DNA from: Squalus acanthias
Taxonomy: Eukaryota
Assembly: GCA_030390025.1 (NCBI GenBank)
Contig: CM059432.1
Span: 97,032,001-97,096,000, forward strand
Length of the DNA stretch: 64,000 bases
Reading direction: 5' to 3'
Of this stretch, positions 23,783 to 35,182 are shown piece by piece (positions within the stretch are counted from its first letter, which is position 1; each line of letters begins with the position of its first letter). The position numbers and the translations under genes are program-made. Under the pieces are notes generated by a model, which was not told where the DNA came from, searched no databases, and saw only the letters and a program-made list of their open reading frames with translations.

Positions 23783-26700
23783 ATGAAGATAACCATAGCC
23801 AGCCTCAACATCAACGGCAGCAGGGAGGCGCGCCGTAGATTCAATAACTTCTCGGTCCTTTGGGACGGGAAGTATGCGGTGTGCTTCCTGCAAGAAACCC
23901 ACACCGTTCCGGGAGACGAGGCCACGTGGCTCCTGGAGTGGCAAGGAGGGGTCAGCATGAGTCACCTCTCCAACAATTCCTGCGGGGTGGCCGTCTTGCT
24001 GGCCCCGCATCTTTCAGCCGGAGATCTTGAGGGTCAAGGAGCACGTGCCGGGCCGCTTGCTCCAGGTCACTGTTCGCCTGGGGGGGCGTGCCGCTCCATT
24101 TAGTGAACGTGTACGCCCCCCAGACCGGTGCGCAGCAAGTGCGCTTCTTCGGAGAAGTGTCCGCTCTTCTGGGCTCCATCGACGTGGGCGAGTGCGTCAT
24201 CCTCAGGGGGGATTTCAATTGTACCCTGGAGGCGCGGGACCGGTCGGGTCCCCCGCGAAGCCCGGCGGCGATGGAGAAGTTGTGGGACCTGGTCGGGTCC
24301 TTCGACTTGGTGGATGTCTGGCGAAATCTCCATCCCGACTCCAGCGCCTTCACGAGCGTGAGGTCTGGAGGAGGAAGGTCCAGAATCGACCGCCTTTACA
24401 TTTCCCGGGCGTACGTCTCCTGCGTTCCGGCGGCTTCCATGCGGCCGGTGCCGTGCACGGACCACCACCTGGTGTCGGCGGAGCTCGCTCCGCTGCGCGC
24501 GTGGGGGGGGTCCGCGTACTGGCATTTTAACAACCTGCTGCTGGAGGACGCGTGGTTCCGGGATTTGTTTCGCCGGTTCTGGGCCGACTGGAGAAGGAAG
24601 CAGGGGGGCTTCCCCTCCTTGAGGCTATGGTGGGACGTGGGCAAGGCTCACGTCCGTCTCTTCTGTCAGGAGTACGCGAAGGGGTCGACCAAGAGGCGGG
24701 AGGCCCGGGTCGGGCGATTGGAGAAAGAAGAGCTCGACCTGGAGTCCCGTCTCGGTCAAGTCGTCGAAGACCCGGCCCTGCGGAAAGTGTACGAAGAGAA
24801 GAAGGGCGCGCTGAAGGACCTGCAGCTGGTCGGGTCCCAAGGCGCGTACGTGAGGTCGCGGATCCAGTTCCTGCGGGACCCGGACCGCGGCTCCCCCTTC
24901 TTCTACTCGCTGGAAAAAAGACGGGGGCTCCGTAAGCAGCTCTTGGGGCTGCTGGTCGACGACGGATCTCTGGTCTCGGATCCGGAGGGCATCAGCGCGG
25001 AGGCCCGGGCCTATTACGGGGCTCTGTTCTCTTCGGATCCGTCCAGCGAGGATGCGCGCAGAGTTTTGTGGGAGGACCTGCCGAAGGTCGGCCCGGAGGG
25101 TGCCGAGAATTTAGAAGCTCCGCTAAGCCTGGCGGAGCTGACCGGCGCCCTGCGCCAGCTCTCGAGGGGCAAGTCCCCGGGGTTGGACGGGCTGACCGTG
25201 GAGTTCCACAGGGCGTTCTGGGACGTCTTGGGGGACGACTACTCACGGGTCCTGGGGGAAATTCTGGCGACCGGGGAGATGCCCCTCTCTTGGCGCAGGG
25301 CGGTCATCGTCCTGCTGCCCAAGAAGGGCGATCTCCGCCTACTTAAGAACTGGCGCCCGGTCTCCCTCCTCAGCACGGACTACAAAATTTTCGCCAGGGC
25401 TATGTCGGCTCACCTTGGCACCGTGCTGGCCCACATGATCCACCCCGACCAGTCCTACACGGTCCCGGGCCGGAGCATCCACGACAACATCCACCTGGTC
25501 CGGGACTTGGTCCACCAATCCCAGAGGGCTGGTCTGTCGGTCGCCTTCCTTTCCCTGGATCAGGAGAAGGCGTTCGACAGGGTGGATCACGAGTATTTTT
25601 TCGGGACTCTGCGCGCATTCGGGTTCAGGACGCATTTCGTCACCCGGATCCGACTTCTGTACGCCGCCGCGGAGTGTCTGATTAAAGTTAACGGGTCTTT
25701 GACGGCGCCCCTTCGCTTCGGGAGGTGGGTGCGTCAGGGATGCCCCATGTCCGGCCAGTTATACGCCGTTTGCGTGGAGCCTTTCCTGCGCCTCTTGCGG
25801 AAGTGGTTGACGGGACTGGCTCTGCAAGGGTCGGGCGTGGAGGTGGTCCTCTCGGCTTACGCCGATGACGTGCTCCTCGCGGTCACGGATCCCGTCGACT
25901 TGCGGAGGATGCGAGAATGCCAGCAGATTTACTCGGACGCATCCTCCGCCAAGATCAACTGGGAGAAATGTTCTGGACGCCTGGTGGGCCCATGGCGGGT
26001 GGATTCCCTGCCGGAGGAGTTCAGGCCTTTCGCCTGGAGCACCACGCACCTCCTCTACTTGGGAGTCTACCTCAGCCCGGCCGAGGATGCCTGGCCGGCG
26101 AACTGGCAAGAGCTGGAGGCCAAAGTCACCGCTCGCCTAGGGCGCTGGACAGGACTGCTCCGAGTGTTGTCCTACAGGGGTCGAGCGCTGGTCATAAACC
26201 AGCTGGTGGCCGCCATGTTGTAGTACCGGTTGGTCACTTTGATCCCTCCCCCTGCGTTTGTCGCCAAGATGCAGAAGAAGCTCGTCGACTTCTTCTGGGA
26301 CAAAAGGAAGCACTGGGTCTCTGCCGCGGTTCTGAGTCCCCCGCTTAGGAAGGGCGGTCAGGCGCTGGTGTGCCTTCGCACCCAGGCGGCGACTTTCCGT
26401 CTTCAGACGCTGCAGAGATACCTGTACGTGGAGAATCCTCCTAGGTGGCGTGCGCTGGTGACGTATTTCTTCCGCCAGCTGCACGGCCTCAATTACGACA
26501 CGCAGCTCCTGTTTGTAAGAGTTGGTGGCACGCGTGCCAGCCTGCGGGAGCTGCCTGTCTTCTACCAGGAACTGCTATGGGTTTGGAACAGCGTCGCCTT
26601 CAGGCGCAGTTCTCCGCCGTCAGGAGCGGCGGCCGTCCTTCGGGAGCCGCTGCTCAGGAATCCGCACCTCCACGACCGCGGGTTCGGCTGGCTGGCGGAG

Positions 26701-27677
26701 GGCAGGGCTGTGCCTGATAAGGTGACTAGGGTCGGGGACCTGCTCGATGGCGGAGGAGCGGGCTGGATGGCGCCGTAGGAGTTGGCGAGGCGCATGTCCT
26801 AGGTCAACGTCCGGCTCGCGGTCAAAGCCATCGAGTCGCTAAAAGTGGCACTGGGCCCCGACTCCACTAGGTGTATCGAGGAGGCTCAAGCACGTGGGGC
26901 GATCCCGTCCGAGCTGACCTCCATTCGGACGGAATTCCTTATCGGCACCCGGCCCCAAATCCTCCCTCGGGAGCCGCCGCCTCACCACTTGAGCCTTCTC
27001 AGAGAAATGACCTCCGTGCCCTTTTATTCGGCGCGGAGGCGTTTCCTGTACGGGCTGCTCCTGCACACTCTCCACTTTGCCATCTTCGTCTGCCATCTGG
27101 ACACGCCTTGGCGTACCATCCTGCCGTCCGGCGGAGATGAAGGTCCCCAATGGAGGGCTCTCTACGTGGGAGTTTTCCCTTGTTCTATCGGGGACTTGGC
27201 CTGGAGGGTGTTGCACGGAGCAGTCCCGTGCAATAGGATGTTAAATAGGTTCACGGACTCCCAGGCTGCTTGTCATTTCTGGAGGAGTCCGTGTTTCACA
27301 TTTATACGGAGTGTGAGAGGTTGCAGCACCTCTTTCATTACTTGAAGGGGCTGCTCCTCAATTTCTGGTTGCACTTCAGCCCCACGCTCCTGATCTATGG
27401 TCACCCGGCGCGGAGGGGAGCGGGCAGGTCGGAGGACCTCCTCGTAGGACTGTTCCTGGGCCTGGCCAAGAAGGCCATCAATTGGTCCAGGCAGCGGGCG
27501 GTCGAGGGGGTCGTTCGGCCCGATTGCCTGCCTCTCTTTCGCGGCCATGTTCGCGCCCGGGTGGCCCTGGAGATGGAGCACGCGGTGACCGCCGGCACGC
27601 TTGAGTTTTTCCGCGACCGGTGGGCGCCGCGGGGACTAGAGTGCATCGTCACCCCGGGCTACCAAATTTTAATTTAA
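23783..27677 (+). pseudogene. Tx1 ORF2 (APE endonuclease + RT), disrupted
   Basis: SLNINGS, FLQETH, NVYAP, GDFN, SRIDR, TDHH, KSPGLDGL, NWRPVSLLSTDYK, LDQEKAFDRVDH, RQGCPMS and AYADD motifs. Frameshifts near 24010-24090 and 27280; stop at 26221-26223 and further stops near 26776-26802. Confidence 0.92.
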
Positions 27678-27746
27678 GTTATTAAGTTTCCTTTAAAGTT
27701 TTAATTGATTTACAGTTCATTTGGTTTAGTACCCAATCAAAAAGAG

Positions 27747-27886
27747 TACACTCAAAGGGTGGACCAATATCAGGTGCAGTCTAATGGCAAGTCATGATTG
27801 CTACAGGCTCTTTTTAGTTCTTAAAGGGGAGGTTCATTGATGCTACAGCACCTCATTCTCAGCATTTCTGGCTGTGCATCTGCCTC
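27747..27886 (+). repeat. 140-bp direct repeat, copy 2 (between the two Tx1 copies)
   Basis: Same sequence as copies 1 and 3, with two private substitutions. Confidence 0.97.
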
Positions 27887-28858
27887 AGCCAGCAGAAGGA
27901 GAGGAAGGAGAGTGAGGAGCAGCAGCAGAGTGGTGGTGGTCTCTGTGACCAGGAAGAGGAGGAGAAGGAGACCAGACAGCAGACCACCACCAACACAACC
28001 ACAACAACTAAGGTGCCTGGAGAGAGAGGACAGGAGAGGAGAAGGAGATAGAAAAGGAAGGCCATCAACACCAGAGGAGAGGCCTTTCCACACTGCCTCC
28101 CCAATTGGCCTCCATTTTAGGATAGGGAGAGAGGGGAGAAAACAGCACTACAACCATCATCTGTTTGGAAGGAGGAAGAAGGAAAGAACAGCTACATGTG
28201 GGTGTTATTCTGGTGCACTCTCCCACAGACTTTGTTTTGTAGGTGGGGGGAGGAAAGAAGAAAAGAAGAGGGCCGGAACATCAAGGGGTGTGTGTGTGGC
28301 TCTTGAAAAAATTAGGCTGCACACACCATATTAAACACCCCTTCCCATTGCCTGACCTGGGACAGCTGGAGCTGCCTAGGTGAAGTCCCCAATTTAACGA
28401 CATCTTATTGGGCATCGTTGAGACCTGGTGCAGGACTGAGCCTGGGCATCTCCAGCTTCCCAGGTGAAGACATCTTCTCCCCCCACCAGAAGACCACCAT
28501 CAAAGACTTTATTTACATCGGAGAGTGCACCCCCTGCCAACACCCACCCACCCACCATCCTGAGTGGCAACCCTGCCCTTGCGGCTTCCCTCCTTCCCAC
28601 CCCCTCTCTCTCTCTCTCTCTCTCTCTTTGTCTCTTGTCTCTCTCTGCCTCTCTCTCTAAGAGGCACCTCAATTTACTTTTTATTAATTACCCATTGAGC
28701 AGAGGGGAGAAGGCCCCTCTCCTAATTAATTCAAATAAAGGGAGAGGTGTGCCTTCAATTTAACAGCTCCCTCTGTTCAGGGGAAAACAAAACCGAGGCC
28801 ATTAACACCTTCAGGCCTGTGACTTGGGGTGAGTGTAGCCCTTAAAGATCAACCCATT

Positions 28859-31003
28859 ATGGCGACCACATCTTCGTTGGTGGCGGGGACAGCGAGGACC
28901 TACGCGAGCGTGGCAGCCGCGGCCACGGCCGCAGCCACGGGTCCTCCTGTTACCCCGTCACCTTTTACACTCCTTACGAGGAAGAATGGGGTCAAGAGCT
29001 ACACTCACCCCAACATGACGATAGAGGCGTGCGTCAAAGCCATGGCTGGGGTTGTCGGCCATTCAGCCATCGTTGCCGCCTCTAAGATGTACGGCAAGGC
29101 TGTGTTCTTCCTGGGGTCGGAGCGGGCGGTGTCCCTGGCCATTGAAAAGGGGCTCACAGTGGGCGGGACCTTCCTGTCGGTGGACCCCCTCGAGGCCACC
29201 GTGCAGAGAATCGTGATTTCCAACGTCCCGCCCTTTGTTCCAGGTGAGCACCTCCTCCCCCACCTACGTCAACTGGGGGAGGTGAGGTCGGGGATCACAC
29301 CCATCCCGCTCGGCTTCCGGGAGGCCAGCCTCCGGCACGTCTTCTCCTTCCGGTGCCAGCTTTTCGTCCGGCTAGCGCGGGAGGAGGACACGGACGGCGC
29401 GTTCACGGTGCTACACTGGGGGACCGCCCATCGCGTCTTCTGGACCTCGGACGGCGTGCGGTGCTACGCCTGTAAGGAGGTGGGGTACGTCCGGAGAAAC
29501 TGCCCGGCCTCCAAGGCCGCCACGACACCTAGCGCGGCCAGGGCTGGTGCCGCCGCCCCCCCTCCCCCTGATACTGTCCGCGCGTCGAAATCCACAGATG
29601 CGCGGTCGACGTCGGGGGCCAATACCATCACGGCCTCCGGCGGGGGGGAGGGAGAGCGTCTGGGGGGAAGGAAGGCGCTGAAAAAGACCAAACACCTCAG
29701 GGCGGGTCCCCTCGTGGAGGAAACTGAGCTACCCGAACTCACGCCCGCGCTCCTCGCGGAGTTAACGGGGACGCCTGAGACTGGGGGGGGCCTCGTGCCC
29801 GGGCCCGTGACCGCAACTGCCGAGGCAGACAAATCAAGACCTGCGGCCGGGCTCGGGCCCAAGGGGCCCAAGAAACCCAGTCATCGAGAGGGGACGGAGA
29901 GGGAGGCCCCGGCAGACATGGAGGCCTCCCCCTCTCCGGGCCCCAATACCTTAAAAATGAGGCACGACTCCCAGGAGGAGGACCGCGAGGAGGAAGGTCC
30001 CTCCGCACAAGGGGAGTCGTCGCCCGCCGCGGGTGCTGCGCCCCACCCCACCACCGTCATCGTCGCGATCAATCAGCAGGGGTCTCCTGTCCCTCGGGAG
30101 GGTGAGACAGACGAGTCTGTCGGACCTGTGCCTCCCGGGGATGGGGAAGAGACCCTGCCCGTGGGGGGGGCCGCGGAACAACCCGCGGATAATCAAACAC
30201 CAGAACCGTTGCTCCTCGCCGGGTCAGGCATCCTGGGGACTGGGGCGGGCGAGGCCAAAGATGCCGAAGCTGAGCCCGCCATTTACAACCCAGACATCTC
30301 CCAGGGACTGCTCGACCTGGTGGAGGAGTGCAATAATCACCAGTCCGCTGGGTCGGAGGTTGGTGGCGGGGAGACAGAAGTCCCCCTGACTCCGTCTCTG
30401 ACGTTGGCGCCGGACGTGCTGGAGGAACTGGGAATTGTTTTCTCCCTGGTTTCTCCGGTCGCCCCGGCGCCTGAGGCGGAGGGGGGCCCCGAACCGCCGC
30501 CGCCTCCCGGCCCGGCGCCCCTGAAGGAGCCCAGGGAGGACTCCTCTGCCACCGATCCTGGGGGTGGGATCGTGACAAAGGCGGGGCCGGCCGGTGCGGC
30601 CGAGCCGTTCGCTGCACCCCGTGCGACGGACGGGTCGGCCGCCGGTGACGACCTCCCGGAGGAGGACGGGGACTCGGTGTTGGGCACCGAGGATGATTTG
30701 GAGTCCATCGGAAGCGAGACGGTGGACGCCCTCGTGCCCCTCACCGACTCTCCCCTCATCCCCGTAGGGGAACTCCGGGATTTTATGGCCACGTGCCGGG
30801 GTCGTCACAATAAGATCCGGCTGGCCCTCGACAGGTGGTCGGAGCTGGCGCTGCTCGTCGGTTCCGTCCGCGCCGCCGTAAAAATCATGGGCGCGGACAA
30901 GGACGTAAGCCGGCTCGAGCTGCGTCGGCTCAGGACGTTCCTCACTGGGCTGCTGAGGGAGCGGCGGTCGTCAATGACTGCGCTCCCTCCCCCCGTTAGG
31001 TAG
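28859..31003 (+). CDS. Tx1 ORF1 protein (gag-like; knuckle reads CYACKEVGYVRRNC, His replaced by Tyr)
   Basis: Uninterrupted ORF; the track starts at GTG 28829 and the first ATG is at 28859. RTYASV N-terminal motif, ISNVPPF motif and a long Pro/Glu-rich low-complexity region. Confidence 0.85.
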   Translation: MATTSSLVAGTARTYASVAAAATAAATGPPVTPSPFTLLTRKNGVKSYTHPNMTIEACVKAMAGVVGHSAIVAASKMYGKAVFFLGSERAVSLAIEKGLTVGGTFLSVDPLEATVQRIVISNVPPFVPGEHLLPHLRQLGEVRSGITPIPLGFREASLRHVFSFRCQLFVRLAREEDTDGAFTVLHWGTAHRVFWTSDGVRCYACKEVGYVRRNCPASKAATTPSAARAGAAAPPPPDTVRASKSTDARSTSGANTITASGGGEGERLGGRKALKKTKHLRAGPLVEETELPELTPALLAELTGTPETGGGLVPGPVTATAEADKSRPAAGLGPKGPKKPSHREGTEREAPADMEASPSPGPNTLKMRHDSQEEDREEEGPSAQGESSPAAGAAPHPTTVIVAINQQGSPVPREGETDESVGPVPPGDGEETLPVGGAAEQPADNQTPEPLLLAGSGILGTGAGEAKDAEAEPAIYNPDISQGLLDLVEECNNHQSAGSEVGGGETEVPLTPSLTLAPDVLEELGIVFSLVSPVAPAPEAEGGPEPPPPPGPAPLKEPREDSSATDPGGGIVTKAGPAGAAEPFAAPRATDGSAAGDDLPEEDGDSVLGTEDDLESIGSETVDALVPLTDSPLIPVGELRDFMATCRGRHNKIRLALDRWSELALLVGSVRAAVKIMGADKDVSRLELRRLRTFLTGLLRERRSSMTALPPPVR

Positions 31004-31024
31004 AGGTTGCACAATGCTTCCGAC

Positions 31025-34000
31025 ATGAAGATAACCATAGCCAGCCTCAACATCAACGGCAGCAGGAAGGCGCGCCGTAGATTCAATAACTTCTCGGTCC
31101 TTCGGGACGGGAAGTATGTGGTGAGCTTCCTGCAAGAAACCCACACCGTTCTGGGAGACGAGGCCACGTGGCTCCTGGAGTGGCAAGGAGGGGTCAGCAT
31201 GAGTCACCTCTCCAACAATTCCTGCGGGGTGGCCATCTTGCTGGCCCCGCATTTTCAGCCGGAGATCTTGAGGGTCAAGGAGCACGTGCCGGGCCGCTTG
31301 CTCCAGGTCACTGTTTGCCTGGGGGGCGTGCCGCTCCATTTAGTGAACGTGTACGCCCCCCAGACCGGTGCGCAGCAAGTGCGCTTCTTCGGAGAAGTGT
31401 CCGCTCTTCTGGGCTCCATCGACGTGGGCGAGTGCGTCATCCTCGGGGGGGATTTCAATTGTACCCTCGAGGCGCGGGACCGGTCGGGTCCCCCGCGAAG
31501 CCCGGCAGCGATGGAGAAGTTGCGGGACCTGGTCGGGTCCTTCGACTTGGTGGACGTCTGGCGAAATCTCCATCCCGACTCCAGCGCCTTCACGAGCGTG
31601 AGGTCTGGAGGAGGAAGGTCCAGAATCGTCCGCCTTTACATTTCCCGGGCTTACGTCTCCTGCGTTCCGGCAGCTTCCATGCGGCCGGTGCCGTGCACAG
31701 ACCACCACCTGGTGTGGGCGGAGCTCGCTCCGCTGCGCGCGCGCGGGGGGGCCGCGTACTGGCATTTTAACAACCTGCTGCTGGAGGACGCGCGGTTCCG
31801 GGATTTGTTTCGCCGGTTCTGGGCCGACTGGAGCAGGAAGCGGGGGGGCTTCCCCTCCTTGAGGCTATGGTGGGACGTGGGCAAGGCTCACGTCTGCGTC
31901 TTCTGTCAGGAGTACGCGAAGGGGTCGACCAAGAGGAGGGAAGCCCGGGTCGGGCAATTGGAGAAAGAAGTGCTCGACCTGGAGTCCCGTCTCGGTCAAG
32001 TCGTCGAGGACCTGGCCCTGTGGAATATGTACGAAGAGAAGAGGGGCGCGCTGAAGGACCTGCAGCTGGTCGGGTCCCAAGGCGCATACGTGAGGTCGCG
32101 GATCCAGTTCCAGCGGGACCTGGACCGCGGCTCCCCTTTCTTCTACTCGCTGGAAAAAAGTCGGGGGGTCCGTAAGCAGCTCTTGGGGCTGCTGGCCGAC
32201 GACGGATCTCTGGTCTCGGATCCGGAGGGCATCAGCGCGGAGGCCCGGGCCCATTACGGGGCTCTGTTCTCTTCGGATCCGTCCAGCGAGGATGCGCGCA
32301 GAGTTTTGTGGGAGGACCTGCCGAAGGTCGGCCCGGAGGGCGCCGAGAATTTAGAAGCTCCGCTAAGCCTGGCGGAGCTGACCGGCGCCCTGCGCCAGCT
32401 CTCGAGGGGCAAGTCCCCGGGGCTGGACGGGCTGACCGTGGAGTTCCACAGGGCGTTCTGGGACGTCTTGGGGGACGACTACGCGTGGGTCCTGGGGGAA
32501 ATTCTGGCGACCGGGGAGATGCCCCTCTCTTGGCGCAGGGCGGTCATCGTCCTGCTGCCCAAGAAGGGCGATCTCCGCCTACTTAAGAACTGGCGCCCGG
32601 TCTCCCTCCTCAGCACGGACTACAACATTTTCGCCAGGGCTATGTCTGCTCGCCTTGGCACCGTGCTGGCCCACATGATCCACTCCAACCAGTCCTACAC
32701 GGTCCCGGGCCGGTCCATCCATGACAACATCCATCTGCTCCGGGACCTGGTCCACCATTCCCAGAGGGCTGGTCTGTCAGTCGCCTTCCTTTCCCTGGAT
32801 CAGGAGAAGGCGTTCGACAGGGTGGATCACGAGTATCTTTTCGGGACTCTGCGCGCATTCGGGTTCGGGACGCATTTCGTCGCCCGGATCCGACTTCTGT
32901 ACGCCGCTCGCGGAGTGTCTGATTAAAGTTAACGGGTCTTTGACGGCGCCCCTTCGCTTCGGGAGGGGGGTGCGTCAGGGTTGCCCCATGTCCGGTCAGT
33001 TATACGCCGTTTGCCTGGAGCCTTCCCTGCGCCTCTTGCAGAAGAGGTGGACGGGACTTGCTCTGCAAGGGCCGGGCGTGGAGGTGGTCCTCTCGGCTTA
33101 CGCCGATGACGTGCTCCTCGCGGTCATGGATCCCGTCGACTTGCGGAGGATGCGAGAATGCCAGCAGATTTACTCGGACGCATTCTCCGCCAAGATCAAC
33201 TGGGAGAAATGTTCTGGACTCCTGGTGGGCCCATGGCGGGTGGACTCCCTGCCGGAGGAGTTCAGGCCCTTCACCTGGAGCAAAACGCACCTCCTCTACC
33301 TGGGAATCTACCTCAGCCCGGCCGAGGATGCCTGGCCGGCGAACTGGCAAGAGCAGGAGGCCAAAGTCACCGCTCGCCTACGCCGCTGGACAGGACTGCT
33401 CCGAGTGTTGTCCTACAGGGGTCGAGCACTGGTCATAAACCAGCTGGTGGCCGCCATGTTGTGGTACCGGTTGGTCACTTTGATCCCTCCCCCTGCGTTT
33501 GTCGCCAAGATGCAGAAGAAGCTCGTCGACTTCTTCTGGGACAAAAGGAAGCACTGGGTCTCTGCCGCGGTTCTGAGTCTCCCGCTTAGGGAGGGCGGTC
33601 AGGCGCTGGTGTGCCTTTGCACCCAGGCGGCGACTTTCCGTCTTCAGACGCTGCAGAGATACCTGTACGTGGAGAATCCTCCTAGGTGGCGTGCGCTGGC
33701 GACGTATTTCTTCCGCCAGCTGCACGGCCTCAATTACGACACGCAGCTCCTGTTTGTGAGAGTGGGCGGCACGCGTGCCAGCCTGCAGGAGCTGCCTGTC
33801 TTCTACCAGGAACTGCTATGGGTTTGGAACAGCGTCGCCTCCAGGCGCAGTTCTCCCCGTCAGGAGCGGCGGCCGTCCTTCGGAAGCCGCTGCTCAGGAA
33901 TCCGCACCTCCACGACCGCGGGTTCGGCTGGCTGGCGGAGGGCAGGGCTGTGCCCAGTAAGGTGACTAGAGTCAGGGACCTGCTCGATGGTGGAGGAGCG

Positions 34001-34954
34001 GGCTGGATGGCGCCGGAGGAGTTGGCGAGGCGCATGTCCTGGGTCAACGTCCGGCTCGCGGTCAAAGCCATCGAGTCGCTAAAAGTGGCACTGGGCCCCG
34101 ACTCCACTAGGTGTATCGAGGAGGCTCAAGCACGTGGGGCGATCCCGTCCGAGCTGACCTCCGTTCGGACGGAATTCCTTATCGGCGCCCGGCCCCGAAT
34201 CCTCCCTCGGGAGCCGCCGCCTCACCACTTGAGCCTTCTCGGAGAAATGCCCTCCGTGCCCTTTCATTCCGCACGGAGGCGTTTCCTGTACGGGCTGCTC
34301 CTGCACACTCTCCACTTTGCCATCTTCGTCTGCCGTCCGGACACGCCTTGGCGTACCATCCTGCCGTCCGGCGGAGGCGAAGGTCCCCAATGGAGGGCTC
34401 TCTATGCGGGAGTCTTCCCTTATTCTATTGGGGACTTGGCCTGGAGGGTGTTGCACGGAGCAGTCCCGTGCAACAGGGTTTTAAATAGGTTTACGGACTC
34501 CCAGGCTGCTTGTCATTTCTGCGGCCTGGAGGAGTCCGTGTTTCACATTTATATTGAATGTGAGAGGTTGCAGCCCCTCTTTCATTATTTGAAGGGGCTG
34601 CTCCTCAATTTCTGGTTGCACTTCAGCCCCACGCTCCTGATGTACGGTCACTCGGTATGGAGGGGAGCTGGCAGGTCGGAGGACCTCGTCATAGGACTGC
34701 TCCTGGGCCTGGCTAAAAAAGCCATTAATTGGTCCAGGCAGCGGGCGGTCGAGGGGGTCATTCGGCTTGATTGCCTACCTCTCTTCCGTGGCCATGTTCG
34801 CGCCCGGGTGGCCCTGGAGATGGAGCACGCGGTGTCCGCCGGCACGCTTGAGTTTTTCCACGACCGGTGGGCGCCGCGGGGACTGGAGTGCATCGTCACC
34901 CCGGGCTACCAAATTTTAATTTTATTTGTTAAGGTTTATTTAAAGTTTTACTGA
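31025..34954 (+). pseudogene. Tx1 ORF2 (APE endonuclease, RT, C-terminal CCHC finger), two frameshifts
   Basis: ORFs 31007-32926, 32721-33965 and 33686-34954 join at frameshifts near 32908 and 33856. YADD is present, and CHFCGLEESVFHIYIEC forms the zinc finger. Confidence 0.92.
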
Positions 34955-34990
34955 TTTACAGTTTTTGATTTGGTACCCAAACAATAAGAG

Positions 34991-35130
34991 TACACTCAAA
35001 GGGTGGACCAATATCAGGTGCAGTCTAATGGCAAGTCATGATTGCTACAGGCTCTTTTTAGTTCTTAAAGGGGAGTTTCATTGATGCTACAGAACCTCAT
35101 TCTTAGCATTGCTGGCTGTGCAGCTGCCTC
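34991..35130 (+). repeat. 140-bp direct repeat, copy 3 (continues into the Harbinger Myb gene leader)
   Basis: Same sequence with three private substitutions. The Myb ATG follows at 35183. Confidence 0.97.
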
Positions 35131-35182
35131 CGCAAGCAGCAGCAGGTAAAGAAGGAGCTGGAGGACTAATGCAGCGTTTCTC

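Larger units (their letters stand above)
20634..27746 (+). mobile_element. Tx1-clade non-LTR retrotransposon, copy A (full length, inactivated)
   Basis: About 1 kb 5' UTR, ORF1 with a CCHC knuckle, ORF2 with APE endonuclease, RT and a C-terminal Cys/His motif, and a short T-rich 3' UTR. Colinear with copy B. Confidence 0.93.
27887..34990 (+). mobile_element. Tx1-clade non-LTR retrotransposon, copy B (full length)
   Basis: Open ORF1 and an ORF2 with two frameshifts. Same 5' and 3' junctions as copy A. Confidence 0.94.

Noticed and set aside
21560..34899. Many overlapping antisense and alternate-frame ORFs in the Tx1 copies
   Set aside because: Expected by-products of very GC-rich coding DNA, with no recognisable motifs.
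20494..35130. Reading the 140-bp repeats as LTRs of an LTR retrotransposon
   Set aside because: There are no TG...CA ends, PBS, PPT, protease or integrase. The internal ORFs are APE-RT LINE type, and the repeat is continuous with Harbinger sequence on both outer sides.
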